DNA of 64,000 nt. It comes from an uncultured Chloroflexia bacterium (GTDB taxonomy: Bacteria > Chloroflexota > Limnocylindria > QHBO01). The DNA lies in the NCBI GenBank assembly GCA_963787025.1, contig CAWBBG010000006.1, positions 922-64,921 of the forward strand. The letters run 5' to 3'. The notes beneath the pieces were generated by a model. It worked only from the letters and a program-made list of their open reading frames with translations, had not been told where the DNA came from and searched no databases. Positions 55,302-64,000 of the stretch are shown in pieces. Position 1 is the first letter of the stretch. Each line of letters starts with the position of its first letter. The translations under genes were made by a program, and so were the position numbers.

Positions 55302-56610
55302 CCGAACGCGTTGTGCTCGCCTATTCCGGCGGGCTGGACACCTCCGTCGCCGTCCCCTGGCTCCGCGAATCCCACGGCTACGACGTCGTGGCGCTCACCG
55401 CCGACGTCGGTGGGGGCGCGGACCTGCCCGCCATCAGCGCCCGTGCGCTGGCGGCCGGCGCATCGGTCGCCATCGGCGTCGACGCGCGGGCCGCGTTCGT
55501 GGAGTCCTACGTGTGGCCCGCCCTGCAGGCCGGCGCGATCTACCAGGGGGTGTATCCCCTGGCCACCGCGCTCGCCCGCCCGCTCATCGCGCGCCTCCTG
55601 GTCGAAGCGGCGCACGAGACCGGCGCAACGCTGGTCGCCCATGGCTGCACCGGCAAGGGCAACGACCAGGTTCGCTTCGACGTGGCGATCGGGGCGCTCG
55701 ACCCGTCCCTGACCGTCATCGCGCCCATGCGCAAGGGGATGGGCATGAACCGTGACGAAGAGCTCGCCTACGCCCAGGCCCGCGGGATCCCCCTCGAAAC
55801 GGGTGCCGGCAGCGGCTCCCCGTACAGCACCGACGTCAACCTGTGGGGACGCTCCATCGAGGCCGGCGTCCTCGAGGACCCCTGGGTCGCCGCGCCCCCC
55901 GACGCGTTCACCTGGACGGTCGACCCGGTTGATGCGCCGCGCACCGCGCTGGAGATCGCCATCGGCTTCGAGCACGGCATCCCGGTCACCCTGGACGGCG
56001 AGCCGCTCGACGGCGTGGCGCTCATCGAGCGGCTCAACGCGATCGGCGGAGCGCACGGGGTGGGACGCATCGACCACGTCGAGGACCGCCTGGTGGGGAT
56101 CAAGAGCCGGGAGATCTACGAGGCTCCGGCCGCGGTCCTGCTGCACACCGCGCACGCCGCGCTGGAGCAGATGGTCCTCTCCCGCGACCTGATCGCCTTC
56201 AAGCACGAGGTCGGCAACCGGCTGGCCACGCTGACCTACGACGGGGTCTGGTTCGGGGAGCTGGCGAACGCGCTGCGCGGGTTCGTGGCGAGCACCCAGG
56301 CGCACGTCAACGGCACGGTGCGGCTGCGGCTGGTGGCCGGCAGCGCGTCCGTCGTGGGACGCTCCTCCCCCGACTCGCTGTACCGGCACGACCTCGCCAC
56401 CTACGGTGCCGCGGACAGCTTCGACCAGGCCGCCGCGGTGGGCTTCATCCAGCTGTGGGGCCTGCCGGTTCGCACCCAGTCGGCGATTCACGGCTCGGCG
56501 GTCCACAACGGATCGCTCCTGGACGCCCTGGGCGCCATCCGGCGGCAGGCGCCCGACGAAGCGACGGCCGATCCGGGCACCGCTGCCCCGGCCGCGGTGG
56601 GGCCGAGCCG

Positions 56611-56614
<4 letters not shown>
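55298..56614 (+). CDS. argG: argininosuccinate synthase
   Basis: ORF 55298..56614 (438 aa). VVLAYSGGLDTSV, AHGCTGKGNDQVRF. Confidence 0.95.
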
Positions 56615-58326
<1,712 letters not shown>

Positions 58327-58330
<4 letters not shown>

Positions 58331-59307
58331 CCGTCACGCTGAACGCCGTCGGGTCGGCCGCCGCACTGCCGGGCGCGCCGGCCAGGTCGATCCACTTCCT
58401 CTCCGGCGCCGATGCCGCGGCGCTCGGTCTCGAACGCCTCCTCCTCCGCGCGGAGTGGCTGCACCGTGACCGGCGCCTGCACCGGGTCGCGGATCCGCTG
58501 GCCGGTCGCCATGTCGCGCTCCTCTTCGAGAAGCCCAGCCTGCGAACCAAGATGAGCTTCGAGGTGGGAGTCGCCGCTCTTGGCGGCCGGGTCACCTACC
58601 TCGGCCCGACGGAGGTGGGCATCGGCACCCGGGAGTCCGCAGCCGATGTCGGCCGCAACCTGTCCCGCTGGGTGGACGCCATCGTGGTGCGCACCTTCGC
58701 TCATGCCGCGCTGGCCGAGCTCGCGGAGGCGTCGAGCGTGCCGGTGGTCAACGCGCTTACCGATCGCGAGCACCCCTGCCAGGCGCTCGCCGACCTGCTC
58801 ACCATGCGGCAGCACCTGGGGTCGCTCCGCGGCCGGTGCCTCGCATTCGTGGGTGACGGCAACAACGTGGTCCACTCCCTGCTGCTGACCGGCGCGGTGG
58901 CCGGCCTCGAGCTCCGGGTGGCCACCCCGCCCGGCTACGAGCCGGACCCGGGGATCGTCGCCCAGGCCAGCGCGCTGGCGGAGCGCAGCGGCGGCAGCGT
59001 CGCCATCGGTTCGGACCCCGTCGAGGCGGTGACCGGCGCCGATGCGGTCTACACCGACGTCTGGACCAGCATGGGCGCAGAGGCGGAGGCGGATGAGCGT
59101 CGAGCACGCTTCGGGGCCTACCAGGTCAACGGGTCCCTCCTGGCCCATGCGCCGGGCGCGCTGGTGATGCACTGCCTTCCGGCCCACCGCGGGGAGGAGA
59201 TCACCAGCGATGCGCTGGACGGGCCGCGGTCCGTGGTCCTCGACCAGGCGGAGAACCGCCTGTACGTCCAGCAGGCGGTGCTCCTGGAGCTGCTGCCTTC
59301 GCGATAG
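58327..59307 (+). CDS. argF: ornithine carbamoyltransferase
   Basis: ATG 58327 within ORF 58153..59307. FEKPSLRTKMSFE, HPCQALADL, VMHCLPAHRGEE. Confidence 0.93.
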
Positions 59308-59312
59308 ACGCT

Positions 59313-59333
59313 GGGCCCTGCTGCAAGGGGCCC
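59313..59333 (+). terminator. GC hairpin after argF (terminator-like, no U-tract)
   Basis: gggccc (59313-59318) pairs with gggccc (59328-59333) around a 9-nt loop, 6 nt after the argF stop. Confidence 0.35.
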
Positions 59334-59460
59334 CCCGGCCTGCCGCTGGGTGACCCTTGTCACTGGTCACACCCTCCAAAGACGCTTCAGCCTGAGGCAT
59401 TCGACATGCGCCGATGCCGCGCGGCGTCCTCCGCGACGACGTCACAAGGAGGCAACAACC

Positions 59461-59859
59461 ATGACCCGCGTCCTGATCGTGAACCGCGACCACACGGTCG
59501 CGGACCGGATCGCCACCGAGCTGCGTGCCAGCGGCTATGAGACCGAGCAATGCGGCGGCCCGCAGCAGGAGGCGTGTCCCGTCGTCGACCAGCTTCCCTG
59601 TCCGCTCGTGGACCGCGCCGACGTCCTCGTCTACGACGCGCACGTCGCTGGCGACAGCGAGGGCGGCCACAGGCTGGTGAGCCACCTGCGCGACGTGTAT
59701 GCGGATCTTCCCGTGATCCTCACCTCGACCGATCCCTCGCTCGACTGGGTCGAGCGCACCGGGCCGGAGCGGGTGATTCCGCTGGGTACCGAGCCGGACA
59801 CCTCCGAGCTGCGGGCGGCCATCGAGACCGCGCTCGAGGACCAGGGGATGGCCGTCTGA
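59461..59859 (+). CDS. orphan receiver-like (CheY-fold) protein with a Cys-containing insertion
   Basis: ATG 59461 within ORF 59350..59859, preceded by AGGAGG with 8-nt spacing. MTRVLIVNRDH...ADVLVYDAHV...LPVILTS follows the receiver strand pattern. The acidic pair is NRD and the conserved Lys position reads PLGTEP. Insertion: EQCGGPQQEACPVVDQLPCP. Confidence 0.6.
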   Translation: MTRVLIVNRDHTVADRIATELRASGYETEQCGGPQQEACPVVDQLPCPLVDRADVLVYDAHVAGDSEGGHRLVSHLRDVYADLPVILTSTDPSLDWVERTGPERVIPLGTEPDTSELRAAIETALEDQGMAV

Positions 59860-59894
59860 CGCTCAACCCGTCCCCGGCCCGGAGATCCACCGCG

Positions 59895-60999
59895 ATGCGT
59901 GAGTACCTCGACGGCAACGCCGCCATCGTGCGGGGTGCGCTGGCCGCCGGCTGCACGTTCTTCGCCGGCTATCCCATCACGCCTGCCTCCGGGATCCTGA
60001 TGGCGATGATGGCGGAGCTGCCACGCCGGGGCGGGATCGCCATCCAGGGCGAGGACGAGATCGCCTCCATCGGTATGTGCATCGGGGCGGCCATGACCGG
60101 CGCCCGGGCCATGACTGCCACCAGCGGACCGGGAATCAGCCTCTACTCCGAGAGCATCGGCCTGGCGGTGATGGGCGAGGTGCCGCTCGTCATCGTCGAC
60201 GTCCAACGGCTTGGGCCGGCGACGGGCGGCGCCACCAGCGTGGGCTCCGGCGATGTGCAGTTCGTGCGCTGGGGAACGTCCGGCGGCTACCCGATCATCG
60301 CCCTGGCACCGGCGAGCGTCGCGGAGTGCTACACGCTCACCGCCCGCGCCTTCGATCTCGCGGAGCGCTTCCGCTGCCCGGTCTTCGTGCTCACCGACAA
60401 GGAGATCGCGATGACCCTGGCCACGGTCGAGGCGTCCGCCTTCGGTCCGGTCGCGGTGCGCGAGCGGGAGCTGGTCGCCTCCGGCACTCCCTACCGATAC
60501 GAGCCGGCCGGTGACGTGCCACCGCTCCACCGCTACGGGCTTGGCGACACGATCCGCTTCACCGGGTCGACGCACGACGAGGGTGCGGTCATCACCAAGG
60601 ATCCGCCGACGGTCGCCGCGCTGAACCACCACCTGGCCGCCAAGATCGAGGAGCATCTCGACGAGCTGGAGCTGGTGCGTCGCGGATCCGCAGCCAGACG
60701 CCCGCACCCTGGTGGTCTCCTACGGCGTCACCACGGGGGCGGCCCGCGTCGCGGTCGCGCAGGCGCGGGCCGCCGGCCAGGCGGTCTCGCACCTCGCCAT
60801 CCAGAGCCTGTGGCCGGTGCCGGAGGCCGCCATCGGTGCCGCGATGGAGGGCGTCGATCGGGTCGTGGTGCCGGAGCTCAACCTGGGCCAGTATCGGCGT
60901 GAGATCGAGCGCGTCTCCGGCGGGCGCGCGGTGATCGGCGTGAACCGGGTGGACGGCGAGCTCATCGGCGTCGAGCAGGTCGCGGAGGCAATCGGATGA
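59895..60999 (+). pseudogene. korA: 2-oxoacid:ferredoxin oxidoreductase alpha subunit, one frame break near the C-terminal domain
   Basis: ATG 59895 in ORF 59550..60902 (MREYLDGNAAIVRGALAAGCTFFAGYPITPAS...TSGPGISL...). After ~60683 the conserved sequence (ADPQPDARTLVVSYGVTTGAARVAVAQARAAGQAVSHLAIQSLWPVPE) continues in ORF 60712..60999. Confidence 0.85.
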
Positions 61000-62336
61000 C
61001 GACGGTCACTGCGATCTCGCCGCTCGAGACGTTCCGTAACGACAAGCCCTACCCGTTCTGTCCGGGCTGCGGCCACGGAACGGTGCTCGATCGGCTCGAC
61101 GTGGCGCTGGTACGGCTGGGCAGGGACCCGAAGAAGGTCGTCATCGTCAGCGACATCGGCTGCTCGGGCCTGTCGGACCAGTATTTCGCCACCAGCGCCT
61201 TCCACGGGCTGCACGGGCGGAGCATCACCTACGCCGAGCGGGATCAAGCTCGCGGACCCGTCGCTCGAGGTGATCGTGGTGATGGGCGACGGCGGCACCG
61301 GGATCGGCGGTGCCCACCTGCTCAATGCCGCGCGGCGCAACGTGGGAATCACGGTCGTGGTGATGAACAACCTCAACTTCGGCATGACCGGCGGCCAGCA
61401 CTCGACCACCACCCCGGAGGGCGCCATCACCGGCACCACGCCCGGGCGGCAACCTGGAGCATCCGCTCGACATCTGCGCCACGGTCGGCGTCAACGGCGC
61501 CGCCTACGTCTATCGCGGGACGCAGTTCGACGGCGAGCTGACGGACCGGCTGGTGGAGGCGATCGAGCAGCCGGGGTTCGCGCTGCTCGACGTCTGGGAG
61601 CTGTGCACCGCCTACTACGTGAAGGCCAACCGCTTCTCACGCAAGGCCATGGAGGCGCTGATGGCCGACCTGGGCCTGGCGGCCTGGCGTCCTGTACCGA
61701 CGCGACGTCGCCGAGTACGCCGTGGCGTATCGCGGGGCCCATGCCGCCGATGCCGCCGGCCCGCCCCCCGCCGTCCGCGTGATCCCGGTACGGCTCACGG
61801 CGTCGCTCGACCGGCCCCGCTCGATCGTGGTGGCCGGTTCCGCCGGCGGGAAGGTGCGCAGCGCCGCCCGCCTGGTGGGAGAGGCGGCCATCCGCTCCGG
61901 GCTCTGGGCCGTGCAGCGCGACGACTACCCGGTCACCGTGCAGACCGGGCACTCCCTCGCCCAGCTCGTGCTCTCCCCGGAAGAGCTGCCCCTCATCACG
62001 GTCGCGGCGCCTGACGTCCTGGTCCTGCTCACCGATGACGGCCTCCGCAAGGCCACGTCCCTCCTGCGCGCCATGCAGGCCGATGGTGTCGTCGTCACCG
62101 TCCCGGAGTTCGCCGAGGTCGAGACCCCGGCGCAGGTCGTGGTCGTGGATCCGGCATCGGCTCCCACGCGCGTGGGGAAGGCGGAGCTTGCCCTGGTGAT
62201 GCTGGCGGCGACCATCTCCCGCCTGGAGCTGCTGCCCCTCGACGCCTTGCGCGAGGCAGCGAATGCGGGGGCCTACGCGGAGGCGAACCTCGTCTCCATC
62301 GAGACGGGCATCGGCCTCGCCGGCATCGGCAGGTAG
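60996..62336 (+). pseudogene. korB: 2-oxoacid:ferredoxin oxidoreductase beta subunit fused to a gamma-type domain, three frame breaks
   Basis: Piece 1 is ORF 60996.. (FCPGCGHGTVL...GCSG...HGRSITYA) to ~61239. Piece 2 is ORF 61270.. (GIKLADPSLEVIVVMGDGGTGIGGAHLLNAARRNVGITVVVMNNLNFGMTGGQHS) to ~61446. Piece 3 is ORF 61553.. (GNLEHPLDICATVGVNGAAYVYRG...ELCTAYYVKANRFSRKAMEALMADLGLA) to ~61688. Piece 4 is ORF 61722..62336 (GVLYRRDVAEY...RSIVVAGSAGGKVRSAARLVGEAAIRSGLW, gamma-like). The frame order 0,1,2,0 means three +1 steps. Confidence 0.8.
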
Positions 62337-62778
62337 CCCGTCCGGTTCGGCGAGCCGCCGGTGCGCTCAGGCCAGAGGCAACCTGGCGTCGTGGCTTCAG
62401 GCACCGATCGTCCCCCGCAGCTCAGCGAAAGGCTTGTGCCTGAGCCGTGCGCCGCGGATGGCCAAGCCCGCTGCTGGCAGCAGGGAGCCACAGACGCGGC
62501 GTGGCTGTCGCCCTGTCTGGCTCCTCTCGCGGAGAGCCATGGCGCTACCAGCGCGACACTGACCGGCAGCAGACGCTACGCTCTCAGCATCTGGGGCGAC
62601 GACAACCCACGCTTCGTACGCCTGTCCGCGGACACAGTGGAGGATGGGGAGCTGATCCAGGTCGAAGCCGATACCCGCAAGCAGGGGATGCTCAACCTGC
62701 GGCCCTCCGTCAAGCGCACCCGGAACCGCTGACGTGGTACCACCTGGCCCGGAACTCCCGCGAAAGGCGCCCAGCGTG

Positions 62779-64000
62779 ATGGATGGCACGCCGGACGGGC
62801 CGCAGGCCAGAGGGGCTCCACTCCGTCTCTCGCCGTTCGATTGGTCGGGATTCGTGGCGGACAACTTCTCCCTGAGCTTCCTCGCGGGAACAGCTGGGGC
62901 GGGAATAGGTGTGGTCGCCATCGACGCGGCCACGCTTCCGCGGTGGATGGTCTTCTCGGTAGCGCTGACGTTGCTTTCGCTTGTCCTTGCGTTCACGCGA
63001 GTCTGGAAGACGATCCGCGAGGAGCACGAGACGAGCTCGTTGTGGGAGCAGCTGGTCCCGGAGGTATCCCCGCGAGGAGCCACGATGGGAAACGTGCGCG
63101 ACGCCGTGTTCGAGGTCCCCTATGTCCTCGCGATCCTGGTCCTTCCCTTCTCGGTGGTGCTCTTCCAGGCATTCGGAGCCTGCCTCCTTCTCTTCTACGT
63201 GTGCGACAACTACTACAACCTCGCGCTGGTACGCGGCATCGGCACCGATGCATCCGCTCGCCTTCCGAGCTGGCTGAAACCGGTAACCGCGTTCACGCGC
63301 GGCATTGCCCGGACGCGTCTGGCGCCGGCGTCACCCGCCCTCGGGCTGATCGGCGCGGCGCTTGAGACCCCTTGGACCACCGTCGATCCTCTCCCCAGCA
63401 CGATCGATCGAGCCGTCCTGATGCGATTCTTTGGGGCGCGCGCCAGGCTGGACAGAGTCGCAATCTGGATCTTGCTCGTGGCATTGGTGGTCGGCACGCT
63501 CGTGGCCGTCGCTGGCGCAGGGGGGTGGGCGGTGACAATCGCGTTGGTCGCAGTCATCGCGATCCTCGTCCTCGAGCTCCTTGTCGAGCCGTTTCGGGCA
63601 CTGGGCGTGCAATACAGCGCGGACGGTACGGACGACGCGGGCGAAGATCGCTTCGCGTGCCCGCCGTTGGTCTGGACGGTTCCCGCAGGCGCCAAACTCG
63701 ACCGCGACACGGTCGAGGCCGTCGAGGCACTCCATGCGGAGGCGTTTCAACCGGCCGAGCGCCAATACACGGTGGCACGGCCTGAGGGACCTCCGCGCTC
63801 CACGGGTGCGCCAAACATGCTCGATCTGGCTGGTCGGCGGGGATTTCAACTGCTCCTGCTGACCTGCGGAGGCGGGCCCTCCCAGGAGCGCTCAGTGGGT
63901 GGCTACCTCTTCCTCGAGGCGCGTCCCGAGCGCGAGGTTGCGTTCGTCTGGTACCTGGCGATCGAGCCGCAGCAGCGCGGCCAGGGGCTGGGCAGCCGGA
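62779..64000 (+). CDS. membrane-anchored GNAT acetyltransferase, 3' end beyond the window
   Basis: Absent from the ORF track because no stop falls inside the window. The frame is open from 62656; starts are GTG 62734, GTG 62776 or ATG 62779. About five hydrophobic helices (FSLSFLAGTAGAGIGVVAI, WMVFSVALTLLSLVLAF, YVLAILVLPFSVVLFQAFGACLLLFYV, VAIWILLVALVVGTLVAVAGAGGWAVTIALVAVIAILVL), then a GNAT core ending VAFVWYLAIEPQQRGQGLGSR. GC is lower and codons atypical (ttg, ctt, gta, ata, aaa). Confidence 0.65.
   Translation, partial: MDGTPDGPQARGAPLRLSPFDWSGFVADNFSLSFLAGTAGAGIGVVAIDAATLPRWMVFSVALTLLSLVLAFTRVWKTIREEHETSSLWEQLVPEVSPRGATMGNVRDAVFEVPYVLAILVLPFSVVLFQAFGACLLLFYVCDNYYNLALVRGIGTDASARLPSWLKPVTAFTRGIARTRLAPASPALGLIGAALETPWTTVDPLPSTIDRAVLMRFFGARARLDRVAIWILLVALVVGTLVAVAGAGGWAVTIALVAVIAILVLELLVEPFRALGVQYSADGTDDAGEDRFACPPLVWTVPAGAKLDRDTVEAVEALHAEAFQPAERQYTVARPEGPPRSTGAPNMLDLAGRRGFQLLLLTCGGGPSQERSVGGYLFLEARPEREVAFVWYLAIEPQQRGQGLGSR

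Noticed and set aside
62570-62750. tmRNA-like fragments: cgctacgctctc (as in the ...DYALAA tag-coding region) at about 62575, ggggagctgatccaggtcgaagcc (resembling the tmRNA 5' end GGGGCUGAUUCUGGAUUCGAC) at about 62645, and ..ggtaccacc at about 62740
   Set aside because: The order is wrong for a standard tmRNA. There is no T-arm (GGTTCGAnTCC). No acceptor-stem complement of the GGGGAGC 5' end precedes an ACCA, and no stop codon follows the tag-like codons. I treat it as chance similarity.
62740-62830. RNase P RNA-like strings (gatggatggc, ggcccggaac, agccacagac further upstream)
   Set aside because: The universally conserved P4 element GGAAAGUCC and the ACAGAACCCGGC motif are absent on either strand. 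The segment also overlaps the start of a convincing membrane-protein ORF.
62656-64000. Type II toxin-antitoxin with a GNAT toxin (TacT/AtaT type) preceded by a small antitoxin-like ORF
   Set aside because: The GNAT is the C-terminal domain of a protein of at least 400 aa with five TM helices, not a ~175-aa soluble toxin. The upstream peptide has no credible start and no RHH/DUF1778 features.

Overview
Very GC-rich, gene-dense chromosomal window with about 49 protein genes on both strands and many 4-bp ATGA/GTGA start-stop overlaps. I recognised no rRNA, tRNA, CRISPR array, transposase or phage gene. All family calls come from motifs read in the translations; no database search was possible. 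The gene content looks actinobacterial. That is an inference from qcrCAB with a di-haem QcrC, LigC plus Prim-PolC, full-length Lhr, a VKOR-DsbA fusion, ARG boxes with TGCAT half-sites and a RecA-independent-type promoter. Gene order: qcrB/qcrA/qcrC, a small membrane protein, an ICMT-like methyltransferase and an 830-aa acidic HTH protein, all tightly packed on the minus strand. Then glgP; a coiled-coil M23 peptidase; YihY; a Prim-PolC-like gene (frame-broken); MarR plus a two-gene ABC exporter; rhodanese; GNAT; DUF885. Then LigC (frame-broken) back-to-back with a beta-CASP MBL nuclease (frame-broken); Lhr; a GAF histidine kinase (frame-broken) plus a NarL-type regulator; a His-rich polytopic membrane protein; MFS; a GlgM/GlgA-type GT4. 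Then CopA plus YHS; MarR plus an RND pump; two ABC-2 ATPase/permease pairs; an esterase; VKOR-DsbA; a small GNAT; AsnB; MurJ. Then a nine-gene arginine operon argH-C-J-B-R-G-(short NAGS fused to argD)-F; an orphan receiver-like protein; and 2-oxoacid:ferredoxin oxidoreductase alpha and beta-gamma genes (frame-broken). The window ends in a lower-GC tail with about 440 bp unassigned and a membrane-anchored GNAT that runs off the edge. Main second-look items: (1) at least 13 clustered single-base frame breaks in conserved genes; (2) a LigC / beta-CASP nuclease / Lhr repair neighbourhood with a PafBC-type promoter on lhr; (3) a giant acidic disordered HTH protein packed against the qcr genes; (4) a short-NAGS::ArgD fusion and tandem ARG boxes; (5) a DnaA-box cluster in a convergent spacer; (6) the compositionally odd 3-prime tail. 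I found no convincing self-contained novel multi-gene system such as a defence island.
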